A DNA stretch of 51,929 nt from Chiloscyllium plagiosum (GCF_004010195.1 NC_057718.1:18197728-18249656), one strand, 5' to 3'; positions 36,226 through 48,350 are shown, counted from the stretch's first letter. Numbers and translations are program-made. Notes: generated from the letters alone by a model not told the origin.

Positions 36226-38376
36226 TATTCCCGGCTAAGAGCATATTTTAATTCAGATAGACTGGCAGCAACTATCAAAATGAAATGCTTTCCTTCCCAC
36301 TGTAATGGGCATTCAGATTAGTTTTCTGTGGTTGGATTCGAGCGTGGGTGTGGGGCTGGAGTAGGAATTGGGGCGAAGTAACTTCAAAAGACCCCAAGGA
36401 ACAAGGTATTCAGACAATTAAATTCCACTGCAGCAATCAGACCTTAAATCTCACCTTCCCCCATGCCACCCAGGAAATAATAATTCATTCCTTTCTCTCC
36501 CACAAAACCACAACTGTTCAGACATGTACTTAACATAATACTGCCAACAAACATGTGATTAGTTCATCCTGTTTATGAGTTTAAAGGCAAATATGTGCTA
36601 ACCACACATAGTTTTTTAGCAGTGAAACATGGGACAATTGTTTAGAGAGCAGAGGTTCCATACCCTGATATTATTTTTAACATGTGACTGAGAATTGATA
36701 AAACAGTATTAAAACAGGAACATTTCCAAGTTTGAGATGGATACAGGCGAATGCAGGAACTATCTCACCAATCCCATGGGAGGGCCACACCTATAAATGA
36801 TTCACACTGAAAAACATCTTTGAGTGACGTGCGATTCAGACTCTTTCTGCTTCAATACAAATCCAAAACATGAGGTAAATTGTGAAATAATTTGGTTCAC
36901 AAGAGCACAGAATGAACAATGTGCCTTTTTAAAAATTGGGAATGGTGCACTATACACTTTCCTGATCTTTCCATTAAGCCTGAACAGACATTACATTTGA
37001 GGATCTGAACTAATTAGTGGTGTGTATTAAGAGACTGACATAACAAAATGGATTAATCCGATGAATGGAATACAGACACAAGATTGCTCATCTTCTATTT
37101 TTAGTTGAAAACAACACAATGCAATTCATGATCACAGTATTCATCTAATTTTGCGCCACATGTCAGAATGGCACCTCTTTCAACTTGGCTCTATGGATAA
37201 GTTCTGTTTATTTTCGTTGCAGGGTTTCAGGTAGAGCACATGACTTTGTATAGTTCCATGGGTGTACTTCTTTATTACAGTAGTGTCCGCAGGATAAGAT
37301 ATTTTTTAGATTCCTTGCCATTTTTCGTTCCTTTTGGGTGTATGTCCCTTTAAGCTCAAAATGGTCAAGTACGAATGAGGAGACTTAACTTTCTGGTCTT
37401 GCTAGAAGAATCTTGTTGAATGTACAATAGGAATTTTGTTGCATACTGAAATATGGTCTACATAACGACAGACTTTGTTCTGTGGATATGCCAATTCACT
37501 ACCCCGTATCAACTATTGCTCATGATCTCACCATCTGATTAAAATACAGGAAACTCCAGGACCAGATAGTTTGGTGTAGTAGAGAAAAATCCCTTCCTAA
37601 ACTAACTAGAAGCATTCTCAAAGTTAACAAGATGTAGCTTACTAGATGTTACCAATTAGTTGCAGGTTACATTGTTATAATAAGCAGTGTCACAGAGACT
37701 TTGAGGAGGACCCGCATTATGTCTCACTGCTGTGAGATTGTAAACTGTTCTCCCCATAAGTCCAGATGAAATCATCATAGTGGGTAGCGCTTATGTCCCT
37801 CCTCAGTATTATCCCAATCGGATCCACAAACAATATCTCACTTCAAGCTCTTCTTTATCTCTTTGTTAATGTTATACAGTTAATTGCATTTACCGCTACC
37901 CTGTCTCCCTCTAATTCTTGAACTTTATAAATTCAGGCAATCTGGAGGTTTCATTATTCACCCAGACTGCGTTCCCTTTGGACTTGGAAGACTGGTAGTT
38001 TCCTGAGTGAATGATTGTTGACTTTTATATTCTACCAAGAGTGTGAGGTCTTTAAGCCCTTTTAAACTTAAGGGCTTTTCATCTTTTCAATTTCTTTTGC
38101 AGAGGACGTCTTCCCTGTTGAACAGGCAATTTCTCTTTTGCAGTATGAACTTTTCACTTCATCATGTTGATTGATTTGGACTCTCTCATTCATCTTCAGC
38201 AATTGATTGTTGGCGAAACCAATATGTTCCCTTCCTAAGCTCTGCAATTGGAGGATTGCTTCTGGCTTGATGTGATCTCTGTCACTGTTACTGAAAGAGA
38301 TGGGGTAGTCAAATATTCTGCTGAAACCTGCTGCTTCCAAGTCACCTCAGCATCTAACAGCAGACTTGAATTTGTC

Positions 38377-38404
38377 CTGATGAAGGGCTTTTGCCCGAAA
38401 CATT
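38377..38404 (+). ncRNA. Minimal hammerhead ribozyme motif (core and stem II intact, stem III/cleavage site mutated)
   Basis: CUGAUGA-A-GGGC-UUUU-GCCC-GAAACaUu. Confidence 0.7.
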
Positions 38405-38463
38405 GACTCTCCTGCTCCTCGGATGCTGCCTGACCTGCTGTGCTTTTCCAGCACCACACTCTC
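38377..38463 (+). mobile_element. 87-bp Penelope pLTR mini-insertion with 14-bp TSD, starting at the hammerhead core
   Basis: gacttgaatttgtc at 38363-38376 and 38464-38477. Confidence 0.9.
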
Positions 38464-38499
38464 GACTTGAATTTGTCATAGCTATTTGCTCACCCAGTT

Positions 38500-38720
38500 G
38501 GGTTGCACTCTGAGTTAATTGGTGGGATTCTTCAGCGCAGAGGGCTGTCGAGGCTGAGTTATTAAGTGTATTCAGGACTGAGGTAGATTTTTTTTTATCA
38601 ATTAGGCAATCAAGGGCTATGGAAAAACGGCAGGAAAGTCGATTGAAGATAATCGTAGCAGCCACGATTTCATTGAGCAGCAGTGCAGACTCAATGACCT
38701 ACTTTGTTCCTACGTTTTGT
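38500..38720 (+). mobile_element. CR1 3' end
   Basis: 'cagagggctgtcgaggctgag...gtattcaggactgaggtagat...caagggctatgg'. Confidence 0.7.
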
Positions 38721-39039
38721 AATTGACATTATTGTATCAATTATAGATGCATCAAGTAGCTTGAGTCAAGTATCTTGTTCATTGACTATCTCGTTATTGA
38801 TTGTCTTTCCAAACTTTGCTAGCTCTTGCACTCTGAAGGCTTGTTGTTGTTGATAGCAGTGGAAAACATTTTGCCAAACCAGTACAGTCATATGTTCAAT
38901 GACAATTTTAAGTGCATTTCTTTTGCCAACATAGCTAATCTCACTGGATTCCATTTTTGGGTTCAGGTTCTGCAATGAGTCTAAGGAGCCCTATGAAATC
39001 TTCTACTTACTGTCCTTGATCAGTAATTCTCAACTGGCT

Positions 39040-39395
39040 GACGCTGTTTAGGAGTTGAAGCCACAGTTATATTAAGTGCTATAGTTCTGGAAGAGAAGAG
39101 AATTCTTTCTGTTGTGACTACAGTAAGGGAGTGTTTTGGGTTTAACGAAATTGTACTTTACAAAGCATTTTGAAATCTTTATATTTGTGTTACATTTAAA
39201 TAGTTCAGTTTATTCTATTTCATCTTTAGTTCTTTTGTACAATAAGCCTTTGTTTGATTGTAAAATCTGATTTTGACACATTGTATGTTTGATGTATATG
39301 AAAGATCACTTCATTAAAAACAAACAAAAATATTATAATTTATCAAACCAGTCTGAGATCTGATTTGTTTAATAACATCAACTGTAATAGTAAGA
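39040..39395 (+). mobile_element. Possible LTR 3' fragment
   Basis: T-rich segment with 'caataag', ending 'aacatcaactgtaatagtaa', resembling LTR ends; interrupts the Gypsy relic. Confidence 0.3.
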
Positions 39396-39877
39396 CTATT
39401 ATCCCTGAATGTTCCTGTTGAATTGAAGTTAATTGATGTAAACTGTCTTCCTGACAGTCTGAAATCTATCTTTTGAACAGAAGGGTCTTTGACCACTTGC
39501 ATTTCTTTCATGGAGGACTTTGTTGAAGCACAGATTTTCTTTATTGCTGTCAGTGTTGTTCCTGCTCTAGTAGACAATTAATGTCTTTGCTGTATCTTGG
39601 ATCTTTGCACATTGCTTGTCCCTTCTTAGTGGTGCCCTCTGTGGAGCTGTACACATCTTCACTTTACACCAGTGGGGTTTGATTCTCATTCTGTCTGTAG
39701 GTCTGTGCTGAAACAGACAGGTATAATGGTACAACTTCTTGAATATTTTGGGCTTTCTCCTTTCTTACTAGAAATGACATTATTGGTGAAACTAGCCTGT
39801 TCATTTCCTCAATTATGACACCTGGATATTTATTCTCATGTGATAAAATACTCTTCATCATTTCTGTGAAAAGTGGG

Positions 39878-40113
39878 TGAAATAACTCCAGTAAGTGTGG
39901 TATCCTGTCAGTGAGTCACCCTTTATTTACACATGCATGGTACAAGACACTTACCCAGCTCCCACAGAGCCAGATCCTAGAATGAACAGAACCCCTGACA
40001 CTCCGAATTATACCTGTCAGCCAGGGCTCCCTAATTAGACTAGGTTAACAGCCTCAATCAGGGAACACATATTCTGTGAGGTCCACCTGGCTAACCCCAT
40101 TCTAATCACTACA
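39878..40113 (-). mobile_element. Solo Gypsy LTR with 5-bp TSD
   Basis: TG...CA; gtggg at 39873-39877 and 40114-40118; homologous to 28433-28657. Confidence 0.9.
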
Positions 40114-40399
40114 GTGGGAAGGTCAGATATTTTACTTAACCTTGTCTCCTCCTAATTACTTCAGCCTGTAAAAGCAGATTTGAATTTGGAGTTGATAGTT
40201 GTTCACTGTACTGTGCTGTGTGGCAATTTATTTCACTTCAGTTGCTGATGTTTTCATTGTTTGTCAATCACTATACACCCAGATGGTGTCAGCATTTCAA
40301 TTTCTGCCTCTCTGCTTGCACCCAGATATTGCACTCCTTTGTTCAATTGTGTCCTTTCACAAATTTTGTATGTTCTAAGGCTTTCAATGTCTCTTCAAA

Positions 40400-41629
40400 A
40401 AAAAACAAAGAACAAAGAAAATTACAGCATAGGAACAGGTCCTTCGGCCCTTCGGCCCTCCAAGCCTTTGCCGATCCAGATCCTCTGTCTAAACCTATTG
40501 TCTAACTTTTAAGGGTCTGTAACCCTTTGCTCCCTGCCCATTCATGTATCTGGCTAGATAAATCTTAAATGACGCTGTCGTTCCCGCCCCTTCCACCTCC
40601 TCTGGCAACGCGTTCCAGGCACCCACCATCCTCTGCATAAAGAACATTCCACCTATATCTCCTCTAAACTTTTCCCCTCTCACTTTGAACTTATGAGCCC
40701 TAGTAATTGGGTTCTGCACTCTGGGAAAAAGCTTCTTACTATCCACCCTGTCTACACCTCTCATGATTTTGTAGACCTCAATCAGGTCCGCCTCAACCTC
40801 GGTCTTTCTAATGAAAATAATCCTAATCTACTCGACCTCTCTTCATAGCTAGCACTTTCCATACCAGGCAACATCCTGGTGAACCTCCTCTGCACCCTCT
40901 CCAAAACATCCACATTCTTTTGGTAACGCGGTGACCAGAACTGTATGCAGTATTCCAAATGTGGCCAAACCGAAGTGTTATACAACTGCAGCATGACCTG
41001 GCAACTCTTGTACTTAAAACCCCGTCCGATGAAGGAAAGCATGCCGTATGCCTTCTTGAGCACTCTATCGACCTACGTTACCAACTTTAGGGAGTAATGG
41101 ACCTGGACACCCAGATCTCTCTTACATCAATGTTCCCCAGGGCTTTTCCATTTACTGTATAGTCCCTAGTAATTGGGTTCTGCACTCTGGGAAAAAGCTT
41201 CTTACTATCCACCCTGTCTACACCTCTCATGATTTTGTAGACCTCAATCAGGTCCGCCTCAACCTCGGTCTTTCTAATGAAAATAATCCTAATCTACTCG
41301 ACCTCTCTTCATAGCTAGCACTCTCCATACCAGGCAACATCCTGGTGAACCTCCTCTGCATCCTCTCCAAAACATCCACATCCTTTTGGTAACGCGGTGA
41401 CCAGAACTGTATGCAGTATTCCAAATGTGGCCAAACCAAAGTGTTATACAACTGCAGCATGACCTGGCAACTCTTGTACTTAATACCCCGTCCGATGAAG
41501 GAAAGCATGCCGTATGCCTTCTTGACCACTCTATCGACCTACGTTACCAACTTTAGGGAGTAATGGACCTGAACACCCAGATCTCTCTTACATCAATGTT
41601 CCCCAGGGCTTTTCCATTTACTGTATAGT
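40400..41629 (-). mobile_element. CR1 LINE 3' end with (ttctttg)n tail and duplicated 5' segment
   Basis: 'KKAYGMLSFIGRG...PHLEYCIQFWSP...RFTRMLPGM' occurs twice; 'FFMQRMVGAWNALP'. Confidence 0.92.
40698..41629. repeat. Tandem duplication, 2 x 466 bp
   Basis: Copies 40698-41163 and 41164-41629; about 7 substitutions counted by eye. Confidence 0.95.
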
Positions 41630-41990
41630 TTGCTTTGTCAGATGTTTCATTTCTCCTTTGGTGAGGAATAATGTCATCTGCTACACTTCCAATTGTGCAC
41701 ATAAATATATTTATTTGTTAATCTTCTGTTTTACTATCCAGCTAGAAGCTATTATATATCTCAAGAACTGATTTCTTCAAGTTGTCCAATTTTGTATTCT
41801 GTTTGGCTTGTCTCCAAAATTAAATCTTCCTGCCAATTACATCCTAATGTGATTAGTATTTTATTTTCTCTAAAATGATAATTTTAGAGTAATTGTAGTT
41901 ATATAATAGAGGTTTACCCATGCTTTGAAGTTGTAATGGAGGATTTCGCAAGCTTTGTGCCGATGGAGATATTTACATACTTTATGGAGT

Positions 41991-42611
41991 CAGCATGGTT
42001 AAGAAAGCGTTTAGCACACTTGCCTTCATTGCTTAGTCTTTTGAGTAGAGGAGTTGGGATGTCATGTTGAGGTTGTACAGGATGTTGGTGAGACCTCATT
42101 TGCAGTTCTGTTTCCAGTTTTGGTCACCCTTTTAAAGGAAGGAAATTATTAAATTGGAGAGGGTTCAGAAGACATTTAACAGGATGTTGCCAGAAATGGA
42201 GGGTTTGGGTTGTAAGGAGAGGCTGGATAGGCTGGGACTTTTTCACTGGAGCTTAGGGGGTTGAGGGGTGACCTTACACAGGTTTATAAAACGTAAGGGG
42301 TATTGATGAGGTGAATGGCACGTGACTTTTCCCTAGTGCATTTCAAGACTGGGGGCATATTTTTAAGGTGAGAGGAGAATGATTGATAAAAGACACGAGG
42401 GGCAATTTTTTTCTCAGAGAGCAGTTCATATGTGGAATGTAGTTCCAGAGAAAGTGGTGGATGGGGGTACAGTTGCTATATTTAAAAGACCTGTTTGGAG
42501 GGACATGGGCCAAGAGCAGACAGATGGGACTAGTTTATGTTGGATTATGCCGGCATGGACTAGTTGGACTGAAAGCTCGGTTTCCATGCTGTATGATACT
42601 ATGGCTGTATG
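41991..42611 (+). mobile_element. HER1/CR1 LINE 3' end with 8-bp TSD
   Basis: tatggagt at 41983-41990 and 42612-42619; CR1 ORF2 C-terminus and tail. Confidence 0.88.
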
Positions 42612-43367
42612 TATGGAGTGCTGGTTTGTTGCTGCAGTAGAGGGTTTTTCATACTTTCTATCTGGAATGGAGATTTTCCTGCCTTTTGTGACTATAATGG
42701 ATATATTTCATGCCTTGTGGCTGTAATGGAGGGTAATGTGGCTTGGTTAACAATTTCCACAGCTCTCTGTCCCCAGGATATTTCTGTTTTTCTGATGTGG
42801 CTGTCTTAGCATTTTATAGCCCAGCCTTCTAGTATCTGTTAGCTATGGTGATGATGCCTGATTAAAGTGGCAACTACTTTATAAAGTTACGGTCTTTTCA
42901 ATCTGAATGCATCTACTGAGGCTTCCCGTAATGTACAAGGAATTTTTGACTTTAGTTCCTTGATGTCTAGTCAGCTCAGCAGGTTCACTCAGATTCAGGA
43001 CCTCTCCCACAGACCACTGCCTCATATCACAGCTGGCCCACTGCCTTGAAGCTGTAGATTTCTATTCTTCATATGTGTCTTCTGTCAGGTCTGAAATGCA
43101 TTTTGCTGTCATTCCCTGAAACATCCCTCTGTGTTGAGTGTTGCCACAAGGTTTGGAAGATGGGGGACAGCTCAGTATTAACATCAATTGATTGTCTTGA
43201 AGCTATTAGGGGTTGCTAATGCTTTTGGCTGTTTTTGTTGAAAGCCGGGAGTCTAATTTCTCCTAGTTGGCAGCATTTTAGAAATAGCGCTGGTCGTGAC
43301 CACTCAGGGACCCAGTGTGTTGCTCACTATGTTGCCGATGCTCACTATGTTGAGTGCACCTTCAAAC

Positions 43368-43416
43368 AGTTGGACTGAAGAGTCTGTTTCCATGCTGTAC
43401 ATCTCTATGACTCTGA
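43368..43416 (+). mobile_element. Minimal HER1 tail
   Basis: 'gttggactgaagagtctgtttccatgctgtacatctctatgactct' matches 5101-5155. Confidence 0.8.
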
Positions 43417-43519
43417 CTTCATAGCTAGAATAGTCTTGTTACTTGTACAATAGAAATTTTATTGCATTACTGCAACAATTACTATGATTCTTATGGGCCA
43501 GTAATTTTTTTTTAAGTAG

Positions 43520-44530
43520 TGTGAAGTCCAGTTACTTACTAAGAAAATAAGGCCACGAGATTCCACTGTTTTAGACAAATAGCCGTAAGTTTTACCACAG
43601 AAGTTTAAAACAGTAAAACGATCTGCTATATGCACACAACTTACACATTAACATCCAGAATTTACCTAATGTAAATATGTATAATAGACAAACTGGTTAA
43701 ACCACTAGCCTCCCCTCGCAAGCCCAGAACATATCAAATTGAAGTGCAGTCAAGACAGATTGCACAGATTTCTCAGTAACCTCCTAAATGGTTAGAGACA
43801 CCATGGATCATCAGATCTCATTCAAACTTTACAAGGGATTCCAATTCTTTTCTTTCAAACAACAAATCATGGAACTTGAATGAGAATAGTCTTAGAGGCA
43901 GTCCAAATCATACCACCATGGACTACCTCTAAGACTATTCTCATTCTGGTTGTTCACTTTCCTAACTTGGAAATTGCAATCCAACACAGGCACAATTTCA
44001 GCTTTTCTGCAGACAACTAACTTAACCAAACTAGTACTGCCTCTGCTCTTTCCACAGGCTCTAATTTCGCACAGCTACACATGGCAAATGTTGCTTGCAT
44101 GCTTCCTTGACCCTCGTTCTCAGCTGCACTTATCTACAGTATTAACTGTACACAGTTTCTTCTCAGTCCCTAGAGCTCTAAACACTTTTTCTGAGCCATA
44201 TCCCTAACATTTTGCTGCATCTCCTGCCTTTCTAGACTTGTCTGTTTTTAATTGTCAGAATCTGCTGCAGAAGCACATTTTTGGGTTGACATTTCTTTGC
44301 ATTTTCCTAAGTATCTGACTGACTAGCAAGCTGAAGGCAACACTATTCTTCTCCAAATGCCTTTGTCCAACTGCCTAAGTTTGACTCTTCAGTAACATTA
44401 GAACTGTTTGGAGCAACTTTTTGAAAATCTCACAGCAAGCTCTGCCCCTATTGCGAGGCAGGATTGAACTTAGCAGCCCAAAAGTCAAATGGAGAAAAGC
44501 ATTGGGACAGTCTGTTTACTGAATGTTACA
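43520..44530. mobile_element. Possible LTR-like segment
   Basis: TGTGA...TTACA ends; start resembles 11531; no TSD. Confidence 0.25.
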
Positions 44531-44554
44531 ATTCACAGAATTTTGGCTGTTTAA

Positions 44555-45175
44555 GGATGTAGGGTAGACCATTTAGGGCAAAGATGAGAAGCAACATCTT
44601 CACCCACAGAGTGGTAAGCCTGTGGAATTCACTAGCACAGAAAGTGGTTGAGGCCAATACACTGAATATTTTCAAGACGACGTTAGTAATAGATTAATGG
44701 AAACAGACCCTTCAGTCCAACTCATCCACGCTGATCAGATATCCTAAGTTAATCTAGTGCCATTTGCCAGCATTTGGTCCATGTTCCTCTCAACCTTTTC
44801 TAATCATTCACACATGCCCTTTAAATGTTGCAATTGTAGTCTCCCTCACTTCCTCTGGGAGCACATTCCATTCACGCACCACCCTTTGGGTGAAAAAGTT
44901 GGCCCTTAGGTCCCTTTTAAATCTTTCCCCTCTCACCTTAAACCTATGCCCTCTAGTTTTGGACTCCCCTACCCTGGGGAAGAGACCTTAGCTATTCACC
45001 CCATCCATGTCCATCATGATCTTATAAACTTCTATAAGGTCATCTCTCAGCCTCTCAAAGGATATGGGGGAGAAAGCAGGAACAGGGGACTAAGCTGATG
45101 AGCAGCCGTGATCATATTGAACGGTGAAGCAGGCTTGAAGAGTCGAATGGCCTACTCCTTCTCCTATTTTCTCAA
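44555..45175 (+). mobile_element. CR1 3' end containing a nested antisense HER1 3' end (about 44690-45055)
   Basis: Plus-strand 'ttcacccacagagtggtaagcctgtggaattc' resumes at 'aaaggatatgggggagaaagc'; the inner piece matches 51630-51929. Confidence 0.8.
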
Positions 45176-45859
45176 TTGCTTGTTTCACAGATCAAATGGA
45201 TACAACAGCAACAAAAAGGAATTCATCACACCATTTACAGATCACATGAGTATGACCTACATTAACACAGATGTGAGGAGCACAGTAGCCTCAGGCCTGA
45301 CTCCGAGATGCTCCTTCTTTACTCTGACCAAGTCTCCTTGACATCATCACAGTGGCTGGTGTTCATTGCTCTCAATAAAGTATTAACCTTTTTAGACCCT
45401 TTCAGAACAATCTATAATATTTCTTTGACAGTGCCTGCATTCACAGGATAAATGTACACCTTGCCTAAGGATTGAAGGCAGAACTCTCATCGGTTGTTAC
45501 ACTGCACTGGATTTATCACTTGCAATTACGTAGCCTTCCTCAATAATGGAAGATGGCAGAATAGCATCTGGCTAGACAGTGACTTACCCAGATTTATTGG
45601 GCTGGATTTTGCAGCTAATGGAGAAGCAGCAGGGCTTGCCGCTAGCTCAAAGGAAGTGGCCCTGAAATATCTCGTAATCACTCCCTTTGCTTTCTCCAAC
45701 AGCAGTTTGAATCAGATGTAAAGTCAAGGGAATGTTCAGACATAACAACAGTCATTGCAGCAAGCAGGGTAAGCAGAATTTAATGTTGAAATATTTATAC
45801 AGACAACAAGTAAACCCATAAAAAAAAATGGTGACCTCAACTTAAATGGACAAATAATA

Positions 45860-46000
45860 TGAGAACATAAATAGGAGCAGAAGTCGACTGTTCAGCCAAC
45901 TGAACCTGCTGCACCATTCAATAAGATCCAATGGCTTGGATCTGGAATTCCACATTCCTGTCTACGCTTGATAACCTTTGATCCCTTTACCTATAAAAAA
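45860..46000 (-). mobile_element. CR1 3' tail
   Basis: 'gaacataaataggagcagaagt...cctgctgcaccattcaataagatc'. Confidence 0.6.
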
Positions 46001-46009
46001 GATCGCCAC

Positions 46010-46650
46010 AAAAATATCACATTCTGGCCAACATCTTTATCACAACTACCAAAGATAGATAAACTGGTCACTGATTCCAAGTGTCTTTCTAAGAGCTTTG
46101 AGACAAGTTGCTTGGTTAATTTACGGACTCAAAAATACTGACAGTACCCTACAGGCATTTCATTTCCTTGTGAAGTGCTTTGGGATGTTATATCGTGCTA
46201 AGCAATTGTGAATTTTTCTTCCTCAATGTTTGAACGAAAATCCGTGGAGAACCCTCAGCCTCGCTCTGCCAATAGTTCAGGAAAAAGGGTATTGAGGAAC
46301 TCTTGGACTGGATCACATGCTCCTGGTCCCCTTGATTAAAGCTAGATTGAAAGTAAACAGATACTCCTCAGAGGCAAAAGCTATTCACGTAGAAAGACCA
46401 GTTGTTTAAGGCAGGTTTTTAAACAAGTAGCAGGTTGATTTCTTGATACCTGACTTATCTTGTTCACCTCTCTCCAGTATGAAACAGAGCTGCAGATCTG
46501 ATAAATTACCCTACGTTGAGTCAGATGCTATGGCAACAGGCATAGTACACTTATACCTGCCCCAGGTTCAATGGCGCACTCCAAGGATTGTGTCACTGTT
46601 AGAGGTGGCACCTTTCAGATAAGACATTAACTTGAAGCCCTGCTTGGCCT
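46010..46650 (+). mobile_element. Two DeuSINE-like fragments (46010-46220 body and tail; 46500-46650 head and Deu-domain)
   Basis: 'cactgttagaggtggcacctttcagataagacattaa' is Deu-domain-like; 'tgaagtgctttgggatg' tail. Confidence 0.45.
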
Positions 46651-47829
46651 CACTGTTGAAAGTTTTGCCAAAAAGTTTGCATATGATATGAAAATGTGTG
46701 CTAGTCCTATGACTGTATAGGAGTATAATCTTCTGTAAAAGGATTTCGAAGAGCTAGGGAAATGAGCTAAATAATAGCATTTGGCAGGTAAGCTGGAAGA
46801 GTGCAGTGTGATGTAAATGCTGGGGACCATTCAGAATATACGTATGCTTTAATGGGAGCAATATTGTAAGTTGTTGAAAGGCGTTTTTGTGGAAAGATTT
46901 TCTTTTTACAAACATTATGTGATAGATTTTCAACCTGTTGCCTGGACACAAAGTTGTTTCACAGAAACAGCTTGATCTTTATTTCAAGGGCATTACAAAT
47001 GCAATGATAATGGACTGGAAACAAGTCAGTTTCAATGCATTTGCTTCTTTACATTTTCACTGAAAATTAAATCTCCCTACTTTGTTATGCATCTGTAGCC
47101 CCAATCAGCCAGTTTAAATGCATTAGTATTATCTGCAGCCTCTTACTCTACAATACAGCTCAGGAAACACAGGGAGACATCTACCTCCTTTCCAGTTGCA
47201 TTACATTAATCCATACCGCTGATTGTTGAAACAAAATTGTAAGGAGCAATATTTTCTCTTCATTTCTCACTTTGTCAGATCTCCTTTTCTTGTTCAATCA
47301 CCTGGAAGACTAACTGTCAGCCTCTGAAGTTTACCACGTGGAAGCTCGGTTTCCATGGTGACATGGCGAAGGGGTCACTGGGGGTGAGGAGATATGTCTT
47401 GTTTGTGCAACAGTCCAACATGCACTTATGAAACAACATCTTGGGCCAGCTGTAAAAATGAACAACAAACATCAAGGATTGATTTGCCAAACACCAGCTC
47501 TCATTATGTTGCCCTGTAGGGTGCTTAAACCAATTAATTGAGGGCCGCATTTCCAATGATCTTTCTGTCCATTTAGTTCTAAACAAACCATTTTTGAAGA
47601 AGGCATTTTCTAACCACAGGAACAAGTATTGGTCAGTGCTGGGGTGACAGGAGAGTTGTGGATGAAAGGGTTGTGCACCTCCCCCATTCTTTTTGATACT
47701 GGTTAGTCCCCTCCCAGCCTTTTCTTCTGCAATCTCCCACCATTGTTCCATCTCATTACTCTAACACATTATATGTGATTGCAACTCTTCTAGAGACCAA
47801 TGAAGGAGGTAGTTGGGCTGCAATATCTA

Positions 47830-48350
47830 TTTTTTTTAATTCATTCATGGGATGCGAGTGTCACTGGCTAGGCCAGCATTTATTGCCCAGTCCTAATTGC
47901 CCAGAGGGCAGTAAAGAGTAAAACACATCTCCCCTTCAGTGTAGAGTCATATGTAGGCCAGATCAAGTAAGGAGGACAGTTTTCTTCCCTGAAGGGCATT
48001 AATAAGTAGGTGGGAATTCCCCCAACAATCACTCTTGGCTTCGACTCTTCATTCCATTTTTTTTAATGATTGTATTCAAATTCCACCATCTGCCACAACA
48101 GGATTCAAACTCAGGTCCCCAGAACATTATCAGGGTCATTGGATTAAAAAGGGGTAGAGTGGTGCTGGAAAAGAACAGCAGGTCAGGCAGCATCCAGGGA
48201 GCGGGAAATCGACGTTTCAGGCAAAAGCTCTTCACCAGGAATGGGATGCTGCCTGATCTGCTGTGTTTTTCCAGCACCACTCTAATCTTGACTCTAATCT
48301 CCACTTCTGCCTCTCTGGATTAACAGTCCAATGATAATAACATTGTCTCC
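47830..48350 (-). mobile_element. tRNA-headed SINE, split by a fold-back PLE (about 48150-48305)
   Basis: Head matches 1480-1722, tail matches 7570-7615; tggattaa is repeated on both sides of the inner insertion. Confidence 0.8.
48211..48238 (-). ncRNA. Hammerhead motif, family 1, mutated core
   Basis: Minus strand: CUGgUGA-A-GaGC-UUUU-GCCu-GAAACGUC. Confidence 0.55.

Larger units (their letters stand above)
36700..41900 (-). mobile_element. Highly decayed Gypsy internal region riddled with later insertions
   Basis: gag 'RFNFGDK...QFLRYIIAS.LDSKTED.QINIFMCTIGSVADDII' (41840-41660), rejoining as 'TSDK.FEETLKA' across the CR1 insertion; integrase-like 'LL..RSTP' at about 37270; intervening pol is only weakly recognisable. 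Confidence 0.55.

Noticed and set aside
42990..43140. Bunyavirus-like RdRp motifs (RGMFQGM, SCDMRQWS) on the minus strand
   Set aside because: The motif order is reversed relative to A then B, the conserved Lys is missing, and no SDD motif follows; likely chance.
43235..43280. Helitron-like 'CCQLGEIRLP'
   Set aside because: Isolated short match with no Rep or helicase motifs nearby.
43321..43352. 14-bp direct repeat tgctcactatgttg x2
   Set aside because: Small local duplication with a 4-bp spacer; no sign of function.
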